64,000 bases of DNA, taken from contig NC_043011.1 of NCBI RefSeq assembly GCF_006345805.1, positions 59,594,464 to 59,658,463 on the forward strand. The letters are read 5' to 3'. The translations under genes and the position numbers were made by a program. Below the pieces are notes generated by a model. The model had not been told where the DNA came from. It did no database searches and saw only the letters and a program-made list of their open reading frames with translations. This stretch comes from Octopus sinensis. Taxonomy: Eukaryota. This document shows positions 25,746-37,455 of the stretch, piece after piece (the first letter of the stretch is position 1; each line of letters begins with the position of its first letter).

Positions 25746-27080
25746 ATGGAAATTTTATTAACAACGAGTTCAATTTTTCCTTTAGAGGAATTTTCATTTC
25801 AAAATTTTAGCCTTACAAACTTTAGTGATGAAAACGTGACATTTTCAGATAAAACTATTTATTCCACTCCCAGTGTCACAAATATTTTAATTTCGCTGTT
25901 TCTGGCATTGATGATAGTTGGGTGTATTTTTGGAAATGTTCTGGTTATTTTGTCTGTTATTCTTTATAAACCGCTTCGGAGTGTTCAAAACTTTTTCATC
26001 GTTTCTCTTGCTGTGTCTGACTTATCAGTAGCAGCTCTTGTAATGCCATTTCATGTGTCGAACCTTGTCCTAGGATACTGGATCTACGGCTGGCTGCTCT
26101 GCGAGATATGGTTAACGCTTGATGTACTTCTATGCACTTCGTCGATTTTGAATCTTTGTGCTATTGCAGTCGATCGATATTGGGCCATACACGACCCATT
26201 AAACTATGCTCAGAAACGAACACCAACACGAGTGGGATTAATGATTGCAGCTGTGTGGTTTGTTAGTGCAATGGTTTCAATTCCTCCTGTCTTTGGTTGG
26301 AATGAAAGTGGACAACTCTACAATGAAATCGAAATGCAGTGTCACTTAACAGATGACCGCAGCTACGTGGTCTTTTCCGCCTTCGGCTCATTTTACATTC
26401 CTCTTATAATGATGACTTTTATTTATTTCAAAATCTTTCTTGCCATTAGACGCCGTTTGCGAAAGCGACGCGAACAGACTGCTATGTGTAAAATCAAAGC
26501 TAATTCAACCAATAAAGAAGATAAGAAAGAACAAAGCCCTGAATCAACACCTGCCAAGGATAAAGACACTCCCCCGACTCCCGTTCAAGAAGATAGATCA
26601 ATCGAAGGTGCTGAGATAAATTCAGAAATCCACGTTGACAGTGGTGAGTTGAGAAGTCCGGTCACAGAAGTGTGCGTTACTTCTCAAAACGGCGGAACTC
26701 ACAGCAGATTGTCCAAAGAAGAGAAAGAAAAACACGGAAGAGGAAAGGGTAAGAGGGTGAAATCATTCTTTGAGAAAAAACAAAAAATATCCTTATCCAA
26801 AGAACGCAAAGCAACCAGAATCCTTGGCATTGTTATGTTAGCTTTTATTCTGTGTTGGCTTCCTTTTTTTCTAATGTATTTAATTCTGCCATTCTGTCAA
26901 TCATGCAGCGGCGTTCCGATTTTCGCCGAACTCTTTATAGTATGGCTTGGATACGTAAATTCTGGACTAAATCCTGTGATATATACCATATTTAATGAGG
27001 AATTTCGAAAGGCATTCTATATGCTTCTATCTGGCGTTTGCTTCAAGAAAAAAGGGCGAGACAAAACATCCAAACTGTAA
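25746..27080 (+). CDS. Class A aminergic GPCR, tyramine receptor type 1-like (Oct-TyrR/TAR1 family), uninterrupted CDS, 444 aa
   Basis: Open ORF with 7 hydrophobic segments and family motifs: GNVLV (TM1), SLAVSD (TM2), amine-binding Asp in WLTLDVLLCTSSILNLCAIAVDRYWAIHDPLNYAQKRT, FSAFGSFYIP (TM5), EKKQKISLSKERKA before TM6, CWLPFF, NPVIY, N-terminal N-x-S/T sites. The DRYWAI-DP-NYAQKRT and KQKISLSKER segments match what I recall of invertebrate TAR1/Oct-TyrR receptors. GPCR class is near certain; subtype is less so. Confidence 0.95.
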   Translation: MEILLTTSSIFPLEEFSFQNFSLTNFSDENVTFSDKTIYSTPSVTNILISLFLALMIVGCIFGNVLVILSVILYKPLRSVQNFFIVSLAVSDLSVAALVMPFHVSNLVLGYWIYGWLLCEIWLTLDVLLCTSSILNLCAIAVDRYWAIHDPLNYAQKRTPTRVGLMIAAVWFVSAMVSIPPVFGWNESGQLYNEIEMQCHLTDDRSYVVFSAFGSFYIPLIMMTFIYFKIFLAIRRRLRKRREQTAMCKIKANSTNKEDKKEQSPESTPAKDKDTPPTPVQEDRSIEGAEINSEIHVDSGELRSPVTEVCVTSQNGGTHSRLSKEEKEKHGRGKGKRVKSFFEKKQKISLSKERKATRILGIVMLAFILCWLPFFLMYLILPFCQSCSGVPIFAELFIVWLGYVNSGLNPVIYTIFNEEFRKAFYMLLSGVCFKKKGRDKTSKL

Positions 27081-27146
27081 CACTTCTTAACAAAATTTGA
27101 TGCAAAAAAAATTTTCAATCCTGATTTCTGATATGTCTTCACTAAA

Positions 27147-27152
27147 AATAAA
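27147..27152 (+). promoter_or_regulatory. Candidate polyadenylation signal of the receptor gene
   Basis: AATAAA about 67 nt after the stop codon. The hexamer is common in AT-rich DNA, so support is weak. Confidence 0.3.
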
Positions 27153-27159
27153 CTAATAT

Positions 27160-27217
<58 letters not shown>

Positions 27218-27359
27218 TATATGAAAGCTACAGTGGAAAACTAATTCAAGAATTCCGAACGATTTCACTTGTGTATATATGAAAGAAAATATGTATTTCC
27301 ATATTCAAAAGACAAAAACTCGCAAAAAAAATATGAAAACGTGAGGAGTAATATATGCA

Positions 27360-27396
<37 letters not shown>

Positions 27397-27644
27397 TAAG
27401 AACGTTCAGTTTCAAATACTCAAAATATAGCAAGAGTATATAAATCATACTTGAAACGTGAACGAATTTCTATCATATCAAAATAACTGTTAGAAAACGT
27501 CGTGTCATACGTTGAATGAATTAAAACCTGAAATGGCTGCATTTCAAATATCTTTCTTACACAAAAGTAGAGCTATGTGGTTTACATGTGTGTATAAGTG
27601 AACACGTGAAAATGTTTGTATGTACGTGTGCGTATGTGTGTGTA

Positions 27645-27684
<40 letters not shown>

Positions 27685-27899
27685 AGTATGTATAACGTTT
27701 ACCGCTAGTATTCTTGGACAGAAAAAAATACAAGAGCACAGGCTCTTCCGCCGCTGGATGACAATGCCATAGAATATTCTGAAGACCAAAGAACACCCCC
27801 GACATATGTGTCTGCCAAATAATCTACATAAATGATATTCTGTCCCAGATTACTGCTTGTAAACGTATTGTAAAATTTAAATTTATAATCTCAACTGTT

Positions 27900-28102
27900 A
27901 ATATATTCCATGTAATGCGTGTATGTCTGTGTATGTATGAATATATGCATGTATATACATTTATGCATGCATATATGTATATACACATAAAATACACGTA
28001 TATATTTAGACACATGTATATGTGTGTGTTTATAATGTATATACATATATATATATATATTATACACACATATAGAGATACATATTGCATACACAAATAT
28101 TT

Positions 28103-28165
<63 letters not shown>

Positions 28166-28829
28166 TAAACAGAAAAAATCAGATGTATGTATTTTCTGGT
28201 TGTTCTCTACAATTCATGCATTAAGATCTGTTTTTTTCACATGTTAAGTTGTACATCATCTTTTCATTCTTCTTCTTCTTCTTCTTCTTCTTCTATTGTT
28301 TTCTTTTATATTGTTATTAATGTTTTCTTTCTCCGTTCAGGTAAAGTATGTCATATGATTTTGCATTGTTCCATGCACATCACAAAAAAATTAATACATA
28401 CATACAAATATAAATATACATATATATATACATTATATATATATATATACATATATATATACTATATATATATATATATATATATATCATATATATATAC
28501 ATATATATATATATAATATATATATACATATATATATATATACATTATATATATATATATATACAATATATATATATACTATATATATATTACATATATA
28601 TATATACATATATATTATATATACATATATATAATATATATATATATACATATATATATACATATATATATTATATATAATATATATATATTATATATAT
28701 TATATATATATATATATACATATATATAATATATATATATATATATTATTATATATATATATAATTATATATATACACATATACATATATATATACATAT
28801 ATACACACATATATATAATATATATACAC

Positions 28830-28865
<36 letters not shown>
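27900..28865. repeat. Long TA-rich microsatellite tracts downstream of the receptor CDS
   Basis: Directly visible; interrupted by unique sequence at about 28170-28400. Confidence 0.95.
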
Positions 28866-29484
28866 TTACAAGATCAATTTGAAAATTGAGGACCAAAATA
28901 AGCGGTAAAGAAAACTAAACAGGAAAAAATAATGTTACTAGTTGTTATAAATGTTCTGATTTATTATGCAAAAATAAATTGTTTTTTTTTTTATTATATC
29001 AAGACGTTTTTGAATAGATGTAATAGAGTCGTTACTATTTTTCTTTTTCTTATTCTTTCCTTCTTCTTCTTTTTTGTACAAGGTTGATGTAAGTTAAGAA
29101 TTAATCTTTACTTTTTGGTTTTGGGTTTTTTTTTCGAATCAAGTTTTTTTTTCCCACTTTCACGGTATTTTCCTGATAATTTAAAAAATCAAAAGAAAAA
29201 TTATAGATAATTATAAATAATATTGAATTTCTAATCAGATATATAGAATCACGAAATTGTTGTTGCTATTATTGTCGTTGTTGTTGTTTACCCTGTGTTA
29301 ACAATAACTGAGCAGACTAGTGATCAAAGTCGTGCCAGCCATGGCCATCCCATTGTGTTCTTAGGCTATGTTTACATAGAACTACATTATTTGTAGTGTC
29401 TTTTTTTTTCAAGACGGTATGGTGCCGTTATTCATGGGAGCTTTGGCTGCTATTTCTAGCAGGGGGGACATTAAAGATCTAAGG

Positions 29485-29738
29485 CAGTGGTCCTTAATGA
29501 GGGTCTATGTGACCCTTAGAGGCCCGTATAAGATTTTTACTGTTAAGAATTATGTTCATAAAATTGGTTATACTTATCCAGTACATAAAATATTTTGAAT
29601 TTTTATATACAATTCCTAATATTTAAGTATAAATAATATAATAGGATCTCTTTAAACATTTTATAGGTATGGGAGTCGAACAGAGTAAAACAGGAATTAA
29701 AGGGGTCCATAGGGGACAAATATGGTTGGGAAACACTG
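29485..29738. mobile_element. hAT-like MITE
   Basis: Ends CAGTGG...AACACTG; 8-bp TSD ATCTAAGG/ATCTAAAG; homologous to 49375-49650. Confidence 0.75.
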
Positions 29739-30137
29739 ATCTAAAGGAGAGTTTGATGTTGTATTGTTTAGATCATCTCTGTGATTAAAGATCTTCCAAC
29801 CATGACTATCCAATATTATTTTAAGTCATAGACACTATCCAATATGGTCTATCCTCTTTGTTTTAAAGATAGTAATGTTGTTCGAGGGAGATATTACTGC
29901 TGTTTTTAGCTGGTCTGCGGAGGAGTATTGGTGAGTCGTAATGTCGGTTAAATCGACTGACCACGGAATTTCAGAGCTATTTCTTTTTTTTTTTTTGCCA
30001 CCTCGCTCCTGTTCTTACACCGAGAAAAAAGAAAGTAAAACCAACTCCGAGCAAGATTTTTTTTTCCACTCAAAAACATATTCAGGGTTCTAAGAAACGC
30101 CATTAGACTGTTGCGCAACGTTCTATTGCGCATCACT

Positions 30138-30156
30138 GTGAAGATGAAAATGATTG

Positions 30157-30218
<62 letters not shown>

Positions 30219-30472
30219 ATGAAGATGATGATCATGGTGATATTGACAACAGTGATGATGTAAGTGATGATGAAGAGGAGGATGAAGGTGGTGATGGTGA
30301 AGATAGAAATTATAATAATGACCATTAAGATGAGATGTTAATGAAAAGGTGTAAGAGAAGGAGGCAGGTGAGGAGGAGGAGTGGTGGTGGTGGTGGTGGT
30401 GGAGGACAAAGTTGAAAAAAATGATGATAATTATGTTGATTATAGTGATGATGATGATAATGAAGACGACAA
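30138..30472. repeat. (GAT)n/(GGT)n trinucleotide low-complexity tract
   Basis: Directly visible. Similar tracts at 44860-45310, 53531-53670, 55430-55545, 58372-58480 and 58698-58870. Confidence 0.95.
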
Positions 30473-31778
30473 TGTTAGCACCGAACTAGTAAATTTCTGA
30501 CCAAAGGCGTTGCTCCAGCTGCGTCTATCCGGTGATTTTATTCATTTTTTGTTGTTGTTGTTTCTAAATAGGAATACTGCATCTTTTTTTATGTTTTCAT
30601 TCTTTTACTTTTTTTCAGTCATTGGGTTGCAACCATTTGGAAATACTGCTTTCAAGGATATTATTCGATTATATACTCTTACTCTCATTCGATACTTATT
30701 GAAATAAGTTAGGAGGAGAAAAGGTGACCAGAATACATTGAAATACCACAAGGTATTTTTATTCGACGCACCGATTTTAGCTTTCACTGCTGACACACAA
30801 ACTCTTCACTCACTACATATAAGTACAGTATATCTACAAGAAAATGTATGACGGTCACTATGACGTTTCGGTTCGGTTTCCTTTGTCAAATCAATATGTA
30901 AATATTTTTGGTTTGACAAGACATGTGTATGCTTTTGTTCCATTGCATTATTGATGCATAGAGGTTGATTTCTAAGTGTTGCTTAATAGCATATTTTTGA
31001 TATGCAATAATATAAATTTTGCTAATAATTTCTTACACAAAATACAACTAATATTAGCAGATATTACCTATTAAACTTCAACAGAAGACCAGAACAATAT
31101 TTTCTCTAAATTTCTCTTCCTTTCCATCACATCTATTTCTGCTTATCTTCTCTGTTTTCTCTCTTGGTTCTATTTCTTTCTTTTTTTTAAACCATAATTT
31201 GTTTTCTGTTCAACAAATTAGATTATTCAAACGATATATTTGTAGGTCACAGAAATGTTCCATAATACTGTACTTATTTCCCAAACACTTTGCCTCAAAC
31301 ACAAGTGAAGCCAAAAAATATAAAATGTTTGGAATATAAAAAGTAATTTACGGTCTGACGAAGACATCTGTGAAAACTTTGAAGTCACAGTTAAAATATG
31401 TGAGTGTGTAAGAGAGAAAGAGAGAGAGAGAGAATGTGTGTGTGCGTGTGTTTTTTTTTTGTGTGTGTGTGTGTGTGTATGTGTTGTAATTCAGATGTCT
31501 ATCACGTGTTGGACGTGTAACTGATTTGCTAGTGTCACCAATTCTCAAGTTCCGAATATAAAACTGACACAGATATTGAGTGTTCCTTTCGTGTTTATGT
31601 GCACTCTCGAATATACTTACAGATTATAAATATATCGGTTACTTTAAGGCACAGAACTAAAAGATCACTATGAAAAAAACATTACATATATATATATATA
31701 TGATAAGAGTAGAAATTGCTATCAATTAGATTAATATCAATTTAAACCCGTGACCTAGCATTTTGACCTAGCATATAT

Positions 31779-31854
<76 letters not shown>

Positions 31855-31949
31855 CATGTATGTATGTATGTATGTATGTATGTATGTATATACACTCATA
31901 TCAATATGCAAAATTAATCTATGTATTAATATTACTGTAAAAAAAATAG

Positions 31950-32362
31950 ACGGTAAGCTGGCAGAAACGTTAGCACGCCGGGTGAAATGCTTAGCAGTAT
32001 TTCGTCTGTTGCTACGTTCTGAGTTCAAATTCCGCCGAAGTCGACTTTGCTTTCGGGGTCGATTAAATAAGTACCAGTTACGTACTGGAGCCGATGAAAT
32101 CGACTTGATCCCTTTGTCTGTCCTTCTTTGTCCCCTGTATGTTTATCCCCCTGTGGGCAATAAAGAAATAGAACTGCTTGCACGTCGGGCAAAATACATT
32201 TCGTCCGACTCTACGTTCTAAGTTCAAATTCCGCCGAGGTCGGCTTTGATTTTCATCCTTTCAGGATCGGTAAAATAAGTACCAGTTTTGAACTTTGGTT
32301 GATGCAACCAACATACTCTCGCCGCCGAAATTGCTCACCTTGTGCCAAACTTTGAAACCAAT
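31950..32362 (+). mobile_element. SINE family M, dimeric copy
   Basis: Two successive B-box/Meta-like units. Confidence 0.8.
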
Positions 32363-32521
32363 ATTATGTTTTAAATATTTACCCCGGTTGTAAATACTCA
32401 TCTATTTCGGTTCAATTTTTGAACCTCAAAAGGGAGCGAAATACGTCCTCATCTCAAATGGGGAACTGAAATTGTACCTAAACAGAATGGAAATATAGTG
32501 AATCAAATAAGTCAAATATTT

Positions 32522-32707
32522 TTTTATTCTTTTACTTGTTTCAGTAATTTGACTGTGACCATGCTGGAGCACCTCCTTTAGTCGATCAAATCGACCCCAG
32601 GACTTATTCTTTGTAAGACTAGTACTTATTCTATCGGTCTCTTTTGCTGAACCGCTAAGTTACGGGGACGTAAACACCAGCATCCGTTGTCAAGCGATGT
32701 TGGTGGA

Positions 32708-32789
<82 letters not shown>

Positions 32790-32810
32790 CGACGGGCTTC
32801 TTTCAGTTTC
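32522..32810 (-). mobile_element. SINE family B, 5'-truncated
   Basis: Reverse complement of the 3' part. Other degenerate copies lie near 9866-10777, 12450-12660, 21905-22265, 39912-40390, 49900-50310, 54430-54590 and 63740-63990. Confidence 0.85.
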
Positions 32811-33129
32811 CCTAACCCTAACCCTAATGTTGACGAAAAACGCATGTTTCCAGAGGTGAATTATTCAAACCCCAAAGAGTCCCTCTCAACACATGGCTAT
32901 GATGCCCCCCACCACTACTTCTGCTCGTGATCAGAGATGCACATATCGTCATCCACTAAGGGACATGCTCCAATGGTTATGGTCAAACAACTGACAAGTA
33001 GATCTGTGGTGTGGAGCAGAATATTTGCTGTAGCCCATCTTTTATACCAAGACAAAACAATGTACATGATAACACTTCCAATCAGTTAACATCAGAAGCC
33101 ATGAGAGCCATTGCCTGGTACTGCATAAG

Positions 33130-33296
33130 TGTTCTGAGTTCAAATTCCGTCGAGTTCGACTTTGCCTTTCATCCTTTCGGGGTCGATTAAACAAGTACCA
33201 GTTAATCATGGGGGTCGATATAATCGACTGAATCCCCTTGTCTGTCCTTGTTTGTCCCCTCTATGTTTAGCCCCCTGTGGGCAATAAAGAAATAAA

Positions 33297-33338
<42 letters not shown>

Positions 33339-33904
33339 TGATGAATACTCACTGCTTATTTTACTGGGTTCCAAGCAATCTTTATTTTTGTAGGTTTTCT
33401 ATTTGCACCGATCTTTTCCCGTCATGTTGGTAGTTGAGTGCTGATACTTCCAAGTGCACCAATTACTATCGCTATCACGTCTACTCTCTTCATTGACCAC
33501 AACCTTCGTATTTCCCACTTCAAATCGTCATAGTTGTTTATTTCTATTATTATTATTTAAAGCAGCGAGCTGGCTGAACCCTTCGCGCGCTGGACGGAAT
33601 GCTTAGCGGTATTTCGCCCGTCGCTACGTTCTGAGTTCAAGCTCCATCGAGGTCGACTTTACTTCTAATCCTTTCGGTGTCGAAAGAATAAGTACCAGTT
33701 ACGCACTGGGGTCGATGCAATCGACTTAATTCCCTCCCCTAAGCTGCCCTTGTGGCAAAAATTTGAAACAATAATAATAATAGTAATTATTATTATTATT
33801 GTTGTTGTTGTTGTTGTTATCATTATTACAACTACTACTATTACTACTATTGTTATTTAAGGCGGCAAGTGCACCAGTTCCACAGATGTCTTCCACAAGC
33901 TATC

Positions 33905-33937
<33 letters not shown>

Positions 33938-34350
33938 GGTTAGACCCCGATATTTTTCAATTTTTTTCAATTTTTTGGGTATTCACCCTGTTATATGGTA
34001 TGGCACACGCTATCATCATACACTTTTTTTTTATTTTGTTCTCTATGATCATATCTGGTCTTTTTGCTTCAATAGTGTGGTCAGTTTTACGATTAATTGT
34101 TTATTATTATCATTATTATTATTCATTATAATTATTTATTATTATTGTTGTTGTTGTTGTTGTTATTTAAGGCGGCAACCTGGCAGAATCATTGGCACGT
34201 CGGGCAAAATGCTAAGCGGCATTCGGTCCGTCCTTGCGTTATGACTTCAAATTCCGCCGAGGTCGATTTTTACCTGTCATCATTTCGGAGTCCTTAAATT
34301 AAGTACCAGCTAAACACTGGGTTCGATGTAATCGACTCAACCCCACCCCT
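33130..34350 (+). mobile_element. Cluster of three family M SINE copies (about 33130-33295, 33560-33770, 34170-34350) among trinucleotide microsatellites
   Basis: Each copy matches the family consensus. Confidence 0.8.
33338..33545 (-). mobile_element. 3' fragment of an RLE-type (R4/Dong-like) non-LTR retrotransposon
   Basis: Translates to NYDDLKWEIRRLWSMKRVDVIAIVIGALGSI...LQK*RLLGT; flanked by (TAA)n. Confidence 0.7.
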
Positions 34351-34364
34351 GAATGTGTGACTGT

Positions 34365-34452
34365 TTTTTTTTATCATACCTAATGCGCCTACAATGATAG
34401 GAATTGTGTCTGTTTTTAGGCTCCACATTCGAGTTACCTCTATTTTCAGATC
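34365..34452 (-). mobile_element. Fragment of an RLE-type (R4/Dong-like) non-LTR retrotransposon
   Basis: Translates to DLKIEVTRMWSLKTDTIPIIVGALGMIKK; abuts (TAA)n/(TGA)n. Confidence 0.7.
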
Positions 34453-35552
34453 TTATTATTATTATCATCATCATCATCATCATAAGGAGAGTTACTCCAT
34501 AACGTAGATATTTGATTGATATGTTCGTCCATTTAGAAAAGAGACATTTTATGACTTTCAATAGAGAAGCATTTTTTTTTACCATTCAATCAAAAACACA
34601 TTGTTTCTTGTTTACCTTCACCGTGAAGAGAGAGTAGCGGGTCGTCGATGTTCATACTAATAGATATTGTAATCCAATATATGATGCGTCTGATCTGTGA
34701 CGTATTACCGCAGTTCTTAATAAGTAAGATTTCTAACCTCCCAATTGCCCTCAATATAAAAGTCACACTTCGTTAGTCTACTTTTAACTTGGGATTGCAT
34801 ATTTATAAAACCGATTGTTTGGAAAAGACGTTCTGCTTAAATCAAAAACGTATTTTTCTCCTTAATATTGTACATAGAAACTTCAGCTGCGGTTTGCCTT
34901 CTGATGGCCTCCAGCAAGCTTCCCTTCGGCAACAATTAGTCACACGTAACACTTTCAGATTAATATCTTTCTCTATAGAAAGTATTATAAAACTTGAATA
35001 AACAACAAGGCTTTGAATTTCCTAATGATTTATTATTCAGAGTTAAGTATTTCTCCGCATTATGTTTTATTTTTTTCCCCTCTGTTTTATCGATTTCTGC
35101 TCTGTTTATGAATACAGCGTACTATCATTTAAGTATATCGTAAACCTATCTTATAATTTTATAACGTATAATGTAAATAGTACAATGTTGATCGCAATTT
35201 GTTTTAGCATCCATTATCGATTAGTGGGTGCCATTTGATGATATTGAACAACGGACAATATAGGTGTTTGCTGTTCCCATTCGACCTTTCGACATTTGGT
35301 CTCATAGCTGGTCATTTTAACTCTAATTATATTAGGTATGACCTTCATAGAACTTTGAAGATTTTCGTCCTCTACCATATATGAACAAGACCTCAGATGT
35401 AAAGTGGTGGCAACGGAAATAACTCTGGCAAACCGAGTAATGGCTTTCAACGGCCTTGTCGTCTGACATTCGTTCACTTCAACTATGCAAGTTCTATTGT
35501 ACGTTACGACTGTCTCAAGAACACGACTGTCTTTCACCAGAACAGAAGGGAG

Positions 35553-35964
35553 GGATCTTTTTGGTTTGAACGGCAGTTTTTAACATAATTTCTAGGTAAC
35601 TAAAAAATATTAAACATCGTATACTGGTAGAATGTGTTTATAAAACATCTTTTTCTCTTGGCTTTATTGAGAAAATTCTATAGTTTGTAAGATATTTGTT
35701 GTTGTTTTTCTTCAATTTCTGCAATTTCAACCAATCACTGACGTCTGTTGCGGTAAAAAAAAACATTCTGTGCCGTATGAATATGTCACTCGTTTAAGAA
35801 ACAGATTGGGTTTATTTACATTTCTGAAGGAAAAAGATACCCTTCCCCTACCCCTAACCCTAAAACAGATTGAAATGCAATAGATCGATTCTAGGGTCAT
35901 AATTATGGGTGACAATTTCATATGACACCGCTAGAAAAACTTGCCGTTCAAACCGAAAAGATCC
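35553..35964. mobile_element. MITE with GGATCTTTT TIRs and 8-bp TSD
   Basis: TIRs GGATCTTTTTGGTTTGAACGGCAG / TGCCGTTCAAACCGAAAAGATCC; TSD GAAGGGAG/GAAGGCAG; related partial copies at 19939-20183 and 23432-23650. Confidence 0.8.
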
Positions 35965-36285
35965 GAAGGCAGAAACTAATCGTGTCGAGAATAGTTATGC
36001 GGTATTTCTGGTTAATTTTATTGAAAAGCCTCCATTGATTTATGTTCATTAGTGTTTCTTTGAAGGTTAATGAGATACCTAACCACTAATTAATATTATA
36101 AGACGGTGACTAACCAGGATTTCTTTTAATTGAAGTCAATAAGAACTCGATACTTACTACCACGATTATCCTTTTCGGTAAAACTTTGGTTAAATTTTAT
36201 TCCAGAGATTTGTATATTTACGTATGGAATGTTTCTGCCACAACATTTTCGGTCCTGTTTTCCCCCGTAGTGTAATTATTTTTTG

Positions 36286-36669
36286 GTGGAGGCGCAATGG
36301 CCCAGTGGTTAGGGCAGCGGACTCGCGGTCGTAGGATCGCGGTTTCGATTCCCAGACCGGGCGTTGTGAGTGTTTATTGAGCGAAAATACCTAAAGCTCC
36401 ACGAGGCTCCAGCAGGGGGTGGTGGTGATCCCTGCTGTACTCTTTCATCACAACTTTCTCTCACTCTTTCTTCCTGTTTCTGTTGTACCTGTATTTCAAA
36501 GGGCCGGCCTTGTCACTCTCTGTGTCACGCTGAATATCCCCGAGAACTACGTTGAGGGTACACGTGTCTGTGGAGTGCTCAGCCACTTACACGTTAATTT
36601 CACGAGCAGGCTGTTCCGTTGGTCGGATCAACCGGAATCCTCATCGTCGTAACCGACGGAGTGCTTCCA
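36286..36669 (+). mobile_element. tRNA-derived SINE, OR-like head with tail X
   Basis: A box TGGCCCAGTGG, B box GGTTTCGATTCC; near identical to 41498-41881; ends CGTCGTAACCGACGGAGTGCTTCC. Confidence 0.9.
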
Positions 36670-37223
36670 TCCCAATTATTTATTGATCTGATGAAAATAA
36701 GTTTACCATTTTAACCAAGCACGGTGTAAACATGTCTTGCATCTTTGTAGCGTTTTTTTTTTATTGAAACCCTAAAGTCCTATGTATAAAAACCTTCCGA
36801 TTTTCCATTGATTATATTTGAGATTCTTGTTGGTCGTTGGCAACATTCGGTCTCTCAGCCTTGTAGTCCTGTTCAAGAATGATTCGAGAATTAATAACAA
36901 TAGATTCAATAATTTAAATTCGATTGATATGAGAACCCTCGCACTTCCGCTTGAGATGATATATAATGTGCTCGTGTATGCAAGTATTGAAGCTGTACGA
37001 TTTCTAAATGTTTACAAGGCAACGCTTATTTCTCCCTCAATCATTGCTGTCATAGAACTCATCGCAATTGCTCCGACGCCATTCTTGCCACTAATTCTTT
37101 TTCTATTCAAAGCTTTTGTTGCATGCACTTTATTCTATACTGTACATTCTGTTTTAACACTAATGTCATCCTGTTTATTTCTTGTTGTCTTACTTCCTTC
37201 TGTAAGTATATTTGTGACATGAA

Positions 37224-37455
37224 GGGCGGCGAGCTGGCAGAAACGTTAGCGCGCCGGGTGAAATGCTTAGCGGTATTTCGTCTGCCGTTACGTTGTGAGC
37301 TCAAATTCCGCCGAGGTCGACTTTGCCTTTCATCCCTTCGGTGATGGATAAATTAAGTACCAGTTTCGCACTGGGGTCGATGTAATCGACTTAATCCCTT
37401 TGTCTGTCCTTGTTTGTCTCTTCTATGTTTAGCCCCTTGTGGGCAATAAAGAAAT
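37224..37455 (+). mobile_element. SINE family M
   Basis: Full copy with TSD TATATTTGTGAC(A/G)TGA. Confidence 0.9.

Noticed and set aside
27066-27080. C-terminal SKL as a peroxisomal targeting signal
   Set aside because: PTS1 applies to soluble matrix proteins. In a 7TM receptor a PDZ ligand or coincidence is more plausible.
36286-36360. tRNA gene-like sequences (also at 10398, 18325, 41498, 42636)
   Set aside because: A and B boxes are present, but each continues into multicopy SINE bodies, most with TSDs; these are SINE heads, not tRNA genes.
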